Shown here: positions 43,876 to 59,842 of the stretch, in pieces
How positions within the stretch are numbered: position 1 is the stretch's first letter
Layout: every line of letters starts with the position of its first letter
Source: the human T2T-CHM13v2.0 reference genome, Homo sapiens
Assembly (NCBI RefSeq): GCF_009914755.1
Contig: NC_060931.1
Reading direction: 5' to 3' (one strand)
Length of the DNA: 64,000 bases
Translations under genes and position numbers: made by a program
Notes under the pieces: generated by a model
Databases searched by the model: none
What the model was told of the DNA's origin: nothing
Seen by the model: only the letters and a program-made list of their open reading frames with translations

Positions 43876-44999
43876 TCTATTTTTTCAATAATTTATTTGT
43901 TGATCATTTAGTACAGTACCCAGAAATAGAAGATGGTTAATAGAAATATATTTTGAATAAATGAATTAATGAAGTTTCAAGGAATTCATGGGACAGAAGT
44001 ATTTAAAGATGAAAAACCTGATCACCAAGTTCAAACATGATATGGTATAGGTAATTGTATCCCTCTTTGGCATATGAGAGGAGCTGGACTCTAGAACTCA
44101 GGCTGTTTTATTTGCAGATGGTGATGAAGTCTAGGCTGTGATGAGTTCAAGAAATTAAATAGGAATAATGAAGAGAATAGGTAATGATTCCACTGAGTAG
44201 CTAGGTCTGGGGTGGGGGAAGGAATAAGAAGTTGTATTCAAAATAAGCTGTACTATCATTAAATGGAGCTCAAACGTAAGAGATTAAAACCTAAATGATA
44301 CTTCCCATAGCCAACAATATTTTTGGCTCGAGAAGGTCTAATATGTGTTAGCAAGCATATTCCAGCCACCAAATTGGAACACTGGGGTAGATGTTAGGGA
44401 TTGTAAGAGAAAAAGATATTAGAAACAAAAATGAGTAAGAGCCAGGCATGATGGTAACAAATATAAATAAGTCCAAAACCCAGGTATAGGTGATAAAGAC
44501 AAGTCTATTCATGAAAACTATTTTAGTCATATGAGGGTTGAACTCCCAAAATAATTCCATGAGTGAGCTGCCATGATCAAAAGACATTTTATCTTTATGA
44601 CCTATAGGCTTATAGGAACTTTTCAAGTTGCTGTAGCTGGAAATTCTCTCAGGGAATGCCAATTGATTTTGGACAGGAAGGATCTTTGATTCTGTCTCAG
44701 TATCAAGTCTTCAAAACTTCACTTATAAGGATTTGTATATAGTGTATATATATATAGCAAGGAGCTACATAAAGCATTTAAAATAATAATTATTAAAATT
44801 GCCATTATAAATTAAGGAAGACACAAAAAAATTAGACCATAAAGACCAGTTAATACCCAAGAGATGTAGAGGAGACAAAGAGTAAGTGTGTTAATTGTCA
44901 TTATTTAGTTGAACACAAGGGAATTTTGATGTCTCCTTAAGCTTTACGCCAACATTTTGTTTTATCCATTCCTGGACTTATACACAAAACCCAATTTTT

Positions 45000-45233
<234 letters not shown>

Positions 45234-46669
45234 TTAATCTTCTCCCTATTGAACTTGTTCTCACCTGTGATCCATGTTTGGGATATATTCTCTAATCCAG
45301 GTCACAGCAACTTGGCTGAGTCCCTTACTGAAAGTCACAGGGCCTGTCAAACAGCCCTCATCAGGTCTCAGAAACTCCCAATTTCCCTTGCTACTTCAGG
45401 CTTAAGAGGGTGGAAACAGCTTAGAGTTGGTGCTGGCGCTGGAAATGGAAATACCAAATATTGTTTCCTAAACATTCATGCAATTCTATTAATAATCGCT
45501 TTATTAAATTTCCCATTTGATCATGTCAATTAATTCTTTCCAGGATCCTGACTGATACAGTGCCTATATTTATGAATTCTTTCAGAATTTAAATATCTCA
45601 TCTTTGATTTTCAGAAACCACCCACAGTCTAAAGATTATGTCTATGACTTTGCTTATGCCACTGCTTCTATCTGACACTTACCTGACTTCTATTTGCCCA
45701 GTTCCTAGCATCTTCCAGTTCTTCCATGAATGCCACCTCTTCTCTATGACTTTCCCTCCAAGATGAATTATATGTCCTGGTTTGCCTGTGACGGCCCCGG
45801 CTAGCAACTATTTTCCTGGCATAATTATCAATTGCTTCCCTTTCATTTTTAAAAAAGTACTAGTTATAGATGAAAAAATTATACTGTCACCTTATCTATG
45901 CATCCTTCAACCAGAATAAATTTCTCCTGATTCTTATCTCCACATTATTTTATTTGCATACCTTATACATAACGTTCTTTCTATAGATATTATGGTCATT
46001 TATGCCTATCTCCAGCTCCTTGATTACCTATAAGCTCCTTGTGAGCAATAACCACGTATCTTACTGCCCCCCACAGTCCCCACCACACTAGAAACTATAT
46101 ATAGACAAATTACATATGTATGGAAAATGTCTACCATATACTAACATACATAATAAATATATATACTATATGTTATATATAATACAAACTATACATTTAT
46201 TAATACACAATAGATATATTAACTATATACACCAGATAAATAGATAGCTAGATAGGATGAGATGAATAATATGGTTCCTCCATGTGTCTCTCACAATATA
46301 ATACATTCCAATTTAATCATCATTCTTGAATTAAAGATAGATGGGATTGATTTTTAAGACTAATTTTTAGAGCAGTTTTAGGTTCTCAGTAAAATTAAGA
46401 GGAAGGTATAGAGATGTCCCAAATATTCCCTGCCTCCTCTGATGCATTATCAACATCCCCCATCATAGTGTACATTTGTTACAATTGATGAACCACATCA
46501 TTATCACACAAACTGTATAATTTATATTAGGTTTCACTCTTGGAGTTGTACATTCTATGAGTTTGGACAACTTATATCTCCACCGTTATAGTATTATACA
46601 GAGTATTTTCGATGTCCTAAAAATCCTCTGTTATTTTCCCTTAACCCCTGGCAGCGACTGATCTTTTTA

Positions 46670-46750
46670 TTAGATTGGTGTAAATGTAATTTTGTTTTTT
46701 GCCATTGAAAGTAACAGCAAAAACTGCAATTACTTTTGCACCAACCTTAA
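46670..46750. mobile_element. MADE1 (Hsmar1-derived mariner MITE)
   Basis: ~80-bp palindrome ttagattggtgtaaatgtaatt...aattacttttgcaccaaccttaa, preceded by TA. Confidence 0.9.
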
Positions 46751-47764
46751 TGTTATCTCCGTAGTTTTACCTTTTCCAGAATGTCATATGGCTGGAAGGA
46801 TGTGACCTTTTCAGATTCACTTTTTTCACTTAATAATATGCATTTAAGTTTCCTCCACATCTTTTCATGGCTTCATAGTCCATTTCTCTTTAGCAGTGAA
46901 TATTTCATTGTTTGGACTACCATAGTTCTACATTTTGGCTTTTTAAAAAATCCATTCACCTATTGAACATCTTGGTTTTTTCCAAGTTTTGTCAACTATA
47001 AAAAGCTGCTATAAATATCCATGTGCAGCTGTTGTGTGGACATAAGTTTTCAACTTCTTTGGGTAAATACCAAGGAGTGTGATTGTTGGATTGTATGGTA
47101 AGAATATGTTTAGTTTTGTGAGAAACTTCCAAACTGTCTTCCAAAGTGGCCATACCATTTTGCATTTCCACCAACAATGAATGAGAGTTCCTGTTATTCC
47201 ATATCCTCACCAGCATTTAGTATTGCCAGGGTTCTGGATTGTTTTTATTCTAATAGGTGTGTAATAGTATCCTGTTGTTGTTTTAATTTGTATTTACCTG
47301 ATGACATACGATGAAGATCTTTTCATATGCTTATTTGCCATCTGTATATCTTTTTCGGTAAAGTGTCTGTTAAGGTTTTTGCCTCATTTTTTAATTGGGT
47401 TGTTTATTTTCTTACAACTGCTTTCTAAGAGTTTGTTGTATAAATTTGGGTAACACTCCTATATCAGAAACATTATTGTTTTTTTGCAAATATTTGCTCC
47501 CAGTCTGTGGCTAGTCTTTTCATTCTCTTGACAGTATGTTTTGTAGAGCAGAAAAATTTAACTTTAACAAAGTCCAGCTTATTAGTTATTTCTTTCATGG
47601 AGCCTGCTTTTGGTGTCATATCCAAAAAGTCACCACCAAATCCAAGGTTATCTAGATTTTTTTTCCTATAGTATCTTCTAAAAGTTTTATAGTTTTGTGT
47701 TTTATATTTAGCTCTGTGATATATTTTGAGTTAATTTGTGTTAAGTGTGAGACCTTCTCTCAAT

Positions 47765-48085
47765 TTATTTATTTTCTTTTTCTAATTTTAATTTTAATTT
47801 TAATTTTAAGTTCTAGGTAAATGTGAAGGATGAGCAGGTTTGTTACACAGGTAAACATGTGTCATGGTGGTTTGCTGTACCTATCAACCCACCTGCTAAG
47901 TATTAAGCCCAGCATGCATTATCTATTTTTCCTAATGCTCTCCCTCCCCTCACCACACCCCCAGAAAGGCCACAGTGTGTGTTGTTCCACTCCCTGTGTC
48001 CATGTGTTCTCATTGTTCAGCTCCCACCTATAAGTGGGAACATGCGGTGTTTGGTTTTCCGTTCCTGCATTCGTTTGCTGAGGAT
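47765..48085 (-). mobile_element. Short L1PA8/10-like 3' fragment
   Basis: gcaggtttgttacacaggtaaacatgtgtcatggtggtttgctg...attaagcccagcatgcatta. Confidence 0.88.
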
Positions 48086-48231
48086 TTTCTATTTTTTTTT
48101 TTTCATGTGAATTATTTCACCCACCATTTAGTGAAAACTACTTTCTCCATTATATTGCCTCCTTTTCTCCTTTGTGAAAGGTCAGTTGGCTATATTTACA
48201 TGGGTCTATTTTAAAGCCTTCTCTTCTGTTT

Positions 48232-48234
<3 letters not shown>

Positions 48235-48264
<30 letters not shown>
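48235..48264. repeat. (TA)n microsatellite
   Basis: Direct observation. Confidence 0.95.
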
Positions 48265-48267
<3 letters not shown>

Positions 48268-48747
48268 GGTGTATTATTGGTGTATATATATTATATAACT
48301 ATAATATATTCATATAGATTACACTGTGTTACAAACAACATAAAACAATACAAAACAGTTGAAATGTTAAGGAGAAAAAAGGTGACTGAGAGCATTGGGC
48401 AAATACTTACTTGACCATAAGCAGTGTCACTATTCTCAGGTAAGAATGAGGCATCCACAACAGTCACCCACGGTGACAGCCATGCCCAGCTGAGTACCAG
48501 GTTCATGAGAGTTACCAGCATCATGAGAGAACACAGAAATGAGAACTGTACAAACTGACAGATTTGTTTCAGAACAAATGTGTGGCTTAGAAACTCTAAA
48601 AACTGGGATAAATTTTAGGAATCTAATTTCACACAAACAAGTCATAATAATCTGCATGTGAAAATTGAATTAAACTTTTGTTTAGGTATAGTTTTACCAG
48701 GATGGGGACATTTAGATTTCCTTTTTTATCTTCCCATTAATATGGCA

Positions 48748-48930
48748 TTTATTTATTTATTTATTTATTATTTATTTTAATGATTTTTTTTTTTCTAAGA
48801 GATAGGGTCTCACTCTGTGGCCCAGGCTGGAGTGCTGTGGCACAATCATAGTTCACTATAACCTCAAACTCCTGAGCTCAAGCCATCCCCCCACCATAGC
48901 CTTCCAAAATTCTGGAATTACAGGCATGTT
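48748..48930 (-). mobile_element. Monomeric AluJ/FRAM-like element
   Basis: gagatagggtctcactctgtggcccaggctggagtg...ctcaagccatcc...attacaggcatg with a (TTTA)n tail. Confidence 0.85.
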
Positions 48931-51274
48931 TCATTTACTTTTTTTAAATTTACTTTTATTTTTCTAATATTTATTCCACTAACAATATATTATTGAGTTA
49001 ATGGTGCCTTCAAGCATTGATCTTTTGTCTTAAAAGTATCATATGTATAATTTCATATGTGTACATTTACATAAACAAATTTAAATGCTGAATTACATCT
49101 ACATTTTAAATTTACGCACCCATTTAATTGTTACTTAAAAAACAGTTTAGTATGAAATTAATGTTATAGAAAATAAATGCTATCAAAATATCCATATAGA
49201 TTACACTATGTTACATATGTTACAAACAATACAAAACAATTCAAATCAGATCTATTTTCTGGCTTTTATACTTAAGCTGAAAGCACCCAGCATGAAACTA
49301 AAATTTGGAAAAAGTTGAAGAGCTCACCTCTTCTGTCAGTGACTTGATTTGCCTACCATGTATCTTCAAACTTTCACTATACCGAAATATTGTCCACTTA
49401 AGCCAATTTCATACATTAGCAAGAAATTAAATGTGGTCTCTTGAAGGTCTGTCAAACTCAATTTCCACTATGTCTTTCAATTTTATAATTTTAAGAGATC
49501 AATATGATCATCAAGTTCATTGCTCTGCATCAATGTTTCTCAATTGTGGTTACATGACAGAAACAACTGTCCAGCTTTTTAGAAGTATATTATATGCTTA
49601 GATCCTACTTCTGAACTGTTATCAACAAGGTTAGTTAAAACTTTGGCAGTCTAGATAATATGTAATTAGAGAGGAGCTATATGGAAAGGCTAATAGCTAT
49701 GTCCCTTGATGCAGAACATAGGGAGACATCATGCTGCATCACACTGACCTCCAAGCCCCCCAGTTTTACTTACTTTTCCCTATTTTTTTTTAATTTCTTA
49801 CCACTGGCAGAAGACATTAGATTAGCTAAAATGGCCCCCAAATCCTCATTTCCTTCTCACTCTTCATTTAGGGTGACATAACTCAGCAGGTGATTATTTT
49901 AATATATATGTATTCCTAGATGTGGTGAGACAGAAGAGGAGAAAGAGTCAAACAATAATTGAGTAAAAATAGCATTGTACTGATCTATAATTATAACAAT
50001 AGTTCATAAATTTGAACAACTCCATAAACCACAATCCAACAATGCATATCAGGGATGGGAAGATGTAGAAAATAATTTAATTTGCCTACACTGCATGTAG
50101 AGCTAAGTAAGAACATTTTCCCTGATTCACAATGGAGCTTCCAACTTCAGTTTAAGAGGCATATTTTCCCTGAGAAATAAGTCTGAAAACCACATTACTG
50201 GTTAGTACTCTCAATAGTTCTTTTTTTTTATTTGCAGTACTTTTGATTTTTTAGACTAGACAACCTCATAAATACTACAGATTTAAGATATAATAGAATA
50301 TCAAAATCTAGTCTGCCCTGCCAAGTTATCAGCAGTTCTAAAGTGAACATAAGATAATATGAAATCACAGGATCGCAGAGTGAGTGAGCTCTAGGTTTTA
50401 CTTTATCTTTAAAATAAATTCTAGTTTCTCTTTCATAACTGTGATGGTGCAGTTTTCTGGCCTACAGATGGAAATGTAATATTTGATATTAGAACAAATG
50501 TTAGGTATCATTTCAAAGAGAGTTTTTCACCAATAACTTATGACCCAAACAATCTGTTCCAGAAGAATGGCTCTGCAATATCTCAAACCTTTGTAATGTT
50601 TTTGCATTAATAATATATACATATACATAAATAATGTGTGTATATATATATACATATATATTTTTATTTACTTCCTTAAATTCAATTTGGTAGACATCAA
50701 GTTATAAATTATTCAGATAAATAGTTATGTCTCTTCTGCTTAGCAGCACTCATTTCAGTATTATGGACAATTTAACGTATCATTGGTCAACTTTATTAAA
50801 ATTTTTCTTTTAGCTTCTTTCAGAAATATTTGCTTAAAATCTATATCTCTAGTGTGACCATTTTGAAATTTGTTTACTTTTACATGATCATTTTGGGTGG
50901 AAAATTTATAGTTCAACCACCTTTGTACTAAAAGCAATGGGATTTAATTTTGAAAGTGTCTGATAAGGACACTTTCAGGAAATCTTGCCATGAATAGAGA
51001 AATAGGACAGCACTCTCCTGTCATTAGAGTGCAATTAGACATTCAAAGTTGGAAGTTATTAGAAAGAATTATCTCTTGGAAGAAGTCTAAAATAAAATCA
51101 GCTATTGCCAGTTCAAGTGGAGAGTATACATTGACAAATTGTTTTGTATTTGGTCTCAAGTCTGCAATCAAATATTTTATGATATTTTTTATGAGCTCAG
51201 TTTTAGAAATCGTCTTACTATGAAGGTACTTGAAAATGCTAAGAGCCACAGCTAATTTAGCATCCCTTAGAAAT

Positions 51275-51784
51275 TAATATAACTAATATTTATTGAGTAC
51301 TTAGCATGTGCTATAAAGTTTACATGGATTTTTTTCATCATCTAATATTTTTCTATAAGAAAAAATACTATACTATCTTCACTTTATAGAAGAATGTCCA
51401 AAAGTTACCTCTAGGTTCTACAACCTTCTGAAGGTCACATGGGTAGCATGTGGTGGACACAACATTTTAACTTGGGCAATCTGACTTCAGCTCCTACATG
51501 CTAAGGTATAAAAAAACTATTACCCGAGTAGCATAGTACTGTGGCTAAGAACTATAAAATTAAATATGAGTTTAATCTTCACACTTTATCCTTTGCAAAA
51601 AAAAATGATATTAGGCAAACTACCTTTTATATTCTTTGTCTGAAAAATGGGGATTTTATATGTATATAGCAATAATTTTATACCTAAGTGTATAGGAGCT
51701 GAAGTCAGATTACTCAAGTTAAAATCTTGGGTTCTTCACATGCTAGCCCTGTGACTTTCAGAAAGTTGTAGTATATATGTGACA

Positions 51785-51854
<70 letters not shown>

Positions 51855-51950
51855 TACACACATATAGGTGTGTGTGTGTGTATGTGTGTGTGTCATAGGG
51901 TCATAGGTTTGTTGTAAGGTTTCAATAAAATATAAAGAAAGCCAGTAAAA
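51275..51950. mobile_element. Two MIRs head-to-head (minus 51275-51500; plus 51530-51670, resuming ~51893-51950)
   Basis: atatttattgagtacttagcatgtgc (minus); tagcatagtactgtggctaaga..aaaaatgggg then tcataggtttgttgtaagg (plus). Confidence 0.6.
51789..51892. repeat. Compound (TA)n(CA)n..(TG)n microsatellite
   Basis: Direct observation. Confidence 0.95.
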
Positions 51951-52769
51951 TGCTTCCTTTTTCTTTTCATACAAAAGCAGGGGTGAGGGATCCTTGAATT
52001 TTATACATCTCCATACATCTTCCAAAATAAAACCACACAGATCAAAAAGGGGAGCAAATAAAACTACCAATAGCTTATTCCTATATAACACCTGGAGACA
52101 GGTGATATTTCAAACCTCAGTTTATCTTTAACTAGAGAAAAAAATAACTGAAACTAGTAGAGTTGTCTCCAGAGCTCACATAAAAGCAGATGGTCAGGCA
52201 AGATATGGACAGAAGAGAAGAGTGTAACAGCAGTGATGGAACACAGAACACATGCTAGGGTTCAGGACTAGAGATATCCATGTTGACTGGGGACATGCTG
52301 AGAGCAGGTCCATGATCTGATCAGAATGCTTGGCTCCTAGACTACTAGAATATGGAGAGATTGGAAGGTCCATAGGCCAGAAGCAGCAGTCTTGAGAAGA
52401 TACTGTTCTGGGGAAGAGTAAGCACCTTGGAGAGAGAGATCCCATGGAGGCATGATGGCAAGAGGAAAAGAAAGAAGTGACAAAGAGAAAGTCTCTAAGG
52501 AAATAAAATATTTTCAAAGAATTGGATGAAGATAGAAAATACCCTTTATTAAAGAAACTGCACTTTATTGTGGAAACAGAAGAGGGAGCTAGTGATGTAA
52601 GAATTTGGTAAATGTCAGGGTGAAATTTAGTACACCTTAGAAATACCCTGGCTATCCCCTTAGGATGACCTGCTGTTATTTGTTCAGCAAATTAATTAGA
52701 CATCCTCACGAATATAATGAGGAACGCGGAATCCATTCACAGCTCTTATAAGAAGAAAACAGAAAATAC

Positions 52770-53770
52770 TACGGAGGAGAAAATCTGAGCCAGAAACCCC
52801 ATATTTTACGTATTAACTCTGCCTAAAATTCTGCCTTACCTTTGAATCACACATATTCAAGGCAGAAGCAAAACAGTGAAACTGAAGTTGAAATAATTGA
52901 CTTGAGTTTTGAAAATGTTGCCTACCTAAGTCAGAGTTGGAGTTCAAGCCTAAACAAGTTATTTGCCTGCTGAAACAAAAATATCAACACTCTTTGGAGC
53001 AATGTAACAGAATTTAGAGCCTCTACAATATTAATATTCACAAAGTGCAAAATACAATTCAAGTTGACTCAATATAGAAAGGATAATGCTAAAAGGAAAA
53101 GATAATCAATAGAGCCCAATTCTGAGGTAACCTATATGCCAGAATTTTCAATCAAGGACTTTATAGCGGTTATTATAATGATGTTCAACGAGGCTAAACA
53201 ATTCTCCTAATGAATGATAGTATAGGATGTGTTAGCAAAAAAACTAGAAAATATGAAAGATAGGCAAAGGAATATTAATGCAACATGCATACTTTTATAA
53301 GCAATTAACAGAATGAGTTTATTTAGAAAATGGAGATGACAAAGGAAATAGTGAATCTGAATATAGAGCAATAAAAATTATTCAATCTGAGTAATTTCAA
53401 TTCAATAATTTCAAGTGAAATTGAATATAGATCATAAAAATTATTCAATCTGAAATAGAGAGGAAAAAGCATTAAAAAATTGGCAGTGCTAAAGTACCTG
53501 TGCAAAACATCTACCAAACAGGTAATTATAGTCTTAGTAAAGAGAAGAGAACGGAGCAGAAAAAAATATTCAAAGATATAATAGCTGAAATTTTTCCAAA
53601 TTTGATGAAAGACAAATTTATATATTTTAAAAAATATGGCACCCCCTAAGCAGAAAAAAAAACCAAGAACACTATGCTTAAGCATATCACAGACAAATTG
53701 CTGAAAATCAAAGAAAAATGGAAATAAAGTAGAAAATATGATACAGGGAAATAATGATTTAAATGACATG
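52770..53770 (+). mobile_element. Old L1M 5'/ORF1 fragment
   Basis: atagctgaaatttttccaaatttgatgaaagac, caaattgctgaaaatcaaag ORF1 motifs. Confidence 0.6.
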
Positions 53771-53773
53771 GAT

Positions 53774-57137
<3,364 letters not shown>

Positions 57138-57140
57138 CCT

Positions 57141-57260
57141 CCTTGAGAAGCTGAGGCGGAAGGATCACTTGAACTCAGGAGTTAAAAACTGCAGTGAGCC
57201 ACAATTGTGCCACTGCACTCCAGCCTGGGTGACAGAGCGAGACCCTGTCTCTAAAAAAAA
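57141..57260 (+). mobile_element. AluJ right-arm fragment
   Basis: gctgaggcggaaggatcacttgaactcaggag...gacagagcgagaccctgtctc plus A tail. Confidence 0.88.
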
Positions 57261-57939
57261 CAGTAAATAAATTAATAATGTTGATATCAACAATAGTAAT
57301 CACTATCACATACTTTCATAGGCAGACATGCATGCACATATAAATTAATGCTCGGACTCTTACTGCCAACATCAGAATCTACCTTTGTCTTCAAGGCATG
57401 AGACAGAATATTATCTGGCCCAGAAGCCTATACGTTCAGTTGCTCAAGCGTACTGGCCAGATAGTCTCACAGGAATTCTAAATGGGACTTCTATGCATAG
57501 AGGCAGGCACAGGATATAGGAGGAGAAATTGAAGGTGGGTGGTGGCAAGTGGAAGGGAGAGAACATGGTGCAAATGTGTCACTAGCACTCAACACTTCTG
57601 AGACATAAATAGAACGAAGTATTAGAACTGAGAGGGAAGAGAAGGTAGAAGATGCTTGTTCAAGACAGGGCCACTTTTTTTTAATACCAATCTGCACTCT
57701 AGGTACCCTAAGATAACTAAATCAGTTGTGAAAGGTTTAAACAGTTCTTCCATGTGTAAAAATGTCTCATACTTTATTCGTGTAATTAAAATTAAGTCTT
57801 TTCTGAGTCACAACCTATTAGAAGACACAAGAGTCTAGTATCAAGTAATAATTGGGATTTTATTCACAGTCATCTCCATGAGTTTGTGCCAGAACCCTAA
57901 AATGATATTGTGCCAGGAAGTCAAATAAATGTGGTTCAC

Positions 57940-58830
57940 TTAAGATAATGGCAGAATTTGTCATTTGTACCAATCATCCCACTGAGAACAATTTAGAAAG
58001 CTGATCAGATTATTAAAAATCACCCTGTTTAAGGGTAGCAGAATACTACTAAGGGAAGAATTATGAAGCAACATCAGGGCAAAGAAGAAAATCCAGAGAA
58101 ATGATCCTGGCATTTGGGGGTCACTTCTCCCCTAGACACATAATTTGATTCCATTAGAAGTGCAAAAAAGGCAAAGAAGCTGAAAAGAACTTTCAGCAGA
58201 AGTTATGCTAAGCAAAAAGTCTGAAATTCAAGAGTCACTAAAGAGGGAAATTATTAAAACCCCAGGTTTAAATTGGGACCCTGATAACCTCTAGCCTAGA
58301 AAGAAGAGTGAAAGAATAATAGAACATTTTCTTTTTAACTCTGAAACCCAGCTACAAACAATCTAATCTGTAATTAAATTAAAGAAATCCAGAAAGGCTA
58401 GTGTCCCTAAACACCTGACAAAAGCAAACTTATATTCTGTCTGGAGGAATAAAATATTATGCCAGGTTTCAAATTATCTCTAAAATTTTTAACACATATC
58501 TAGTATTTCATACAAAGTAACCAACCATATAAGAATGTAATAAAAAAGAAAAATAAAAAATAGAAAAAAATTACAAGAGATCCAGATAATAGTTATCAAA
58601 CACCATTTAAAGTAACTACACTTAATATATTTAAGGAAATAAAACACAGAATTGTAAATTTATGTATAAAATTGGAAAGTCCGAAAACAAGAACCAATGG
58701 CAATTCAAAACCTGAAAAATAGAAAACTTTCAAATACAAAATTAAAGACACAATGGATAAGTTAAACAGTATTTATACATGGTTAAAGCAATACTAAAGA
58801 AATTGACTATATATGTGAAGATAATATTGT
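57940..58830 (+). mobile_element. Old L1M 5'UTR/ORF1-start fragment
   Basis: aatcatcccactgagaacaa...gaaagctg, aagaaccaatggcaattc..ctgaaaaat..aaattaaagacacaatggataagttaaacag. Confidence 0.5.
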
Positions 58831-59842
58831 ATATAATTGGTTGGGGTCTCCATTTTTATTATTACTCCTTTAACCATTTAAGCAACAGTGCTATCTGTTA
58901 ATGGTCCTGACCCTCAGTTGGACAGTGCTGTTCTTGGTATTACCCTCAGTGCTTTTGTAATTTTGCAACAGCTGCCATCGATATTCTGCAGCCATATCCT
59001 CAACCTCTCCCCTTCCAAGCAACAATCCCTAGAAATTGATACACCTTACTCAATACCCCAGCGGCAGCCTCTATACACCTCCAGACTGCTTTAGTCATTT
59101 AGTTACCAAGTTACTAGGTGCTGGCCATAACTTAAAAAAGAAAAAACAAGGGTGGAAGCAAATAGTTTTCAAGGTGACATGAAACTTCTTTTTGACCCTA
59201 ACAATCAACAACGTCAGCACAAACAAATATATATTGAGGATTCACCCTGTTCCAGAAAGTGTCAGAGATGATTGGGGATGGATGCTTCAGGAAAAACACG
59301 AAAAACCTAAAATTTAAAACTCCCTATTCTCCAGATGTTTATGTTCTACTAGAGTAAAATGCAAATAAACAATAGATAGGATAAATAAAACACTATATTA
59401 TACAATATGAAATACATAAATTTAAATAGAAATATTTTTATTATTTATAGTGCAATTGAGCTGAGGTAAAAATAAACATTTTTATTATTTCAATTCTTGA
59501 AATTTGTTCACACTAACATTATGACACAGCACATGGTAAAGTTTTAAAGATGTTCTTTGTACAACTGGAAAGAATTACTGTTTCATGAGGTGTTCTATCC
59601 ATTTCCATAAGCCGAGTTTTGCTAATAGTAATGTTTAAATTTTTCATGACTTTGCTAACTTTTTGTCTACTCAATCAATTACTGACAAAGGTATGTATTT
59701 GACCTACTATGATTGTGCATGTGTCTATTATTTTTTGTAGTTTTCTTAAATTTTGCTTTATACTTATTAATGCTATATAAGTTAGGTGCATGAAAAGTTG
59801 GAGTTATTTTATCTTCTTGTTATTTTATCTTTATTTTACAGA

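Larger units (their letters stand above)
46350..48232 (-). mobile_element. L1MC1-like LINE-1 3' end, containing MADE1 and an L1PA fragment
   Basis: tttttagagcagttttaggttc...aaaattaagaggaaggtatagagat 3' end, followed by antisense ORF2. Confidence 0.85.

Noticed and set aside
53323-53769. Longest ORF in the track (148 aa, Phe-rich, hydrophobic)
   Set aside because: It is the antisense reading of an A-rich L1 ORF1 remnant. The composition is an artefact, not a membrane protein.
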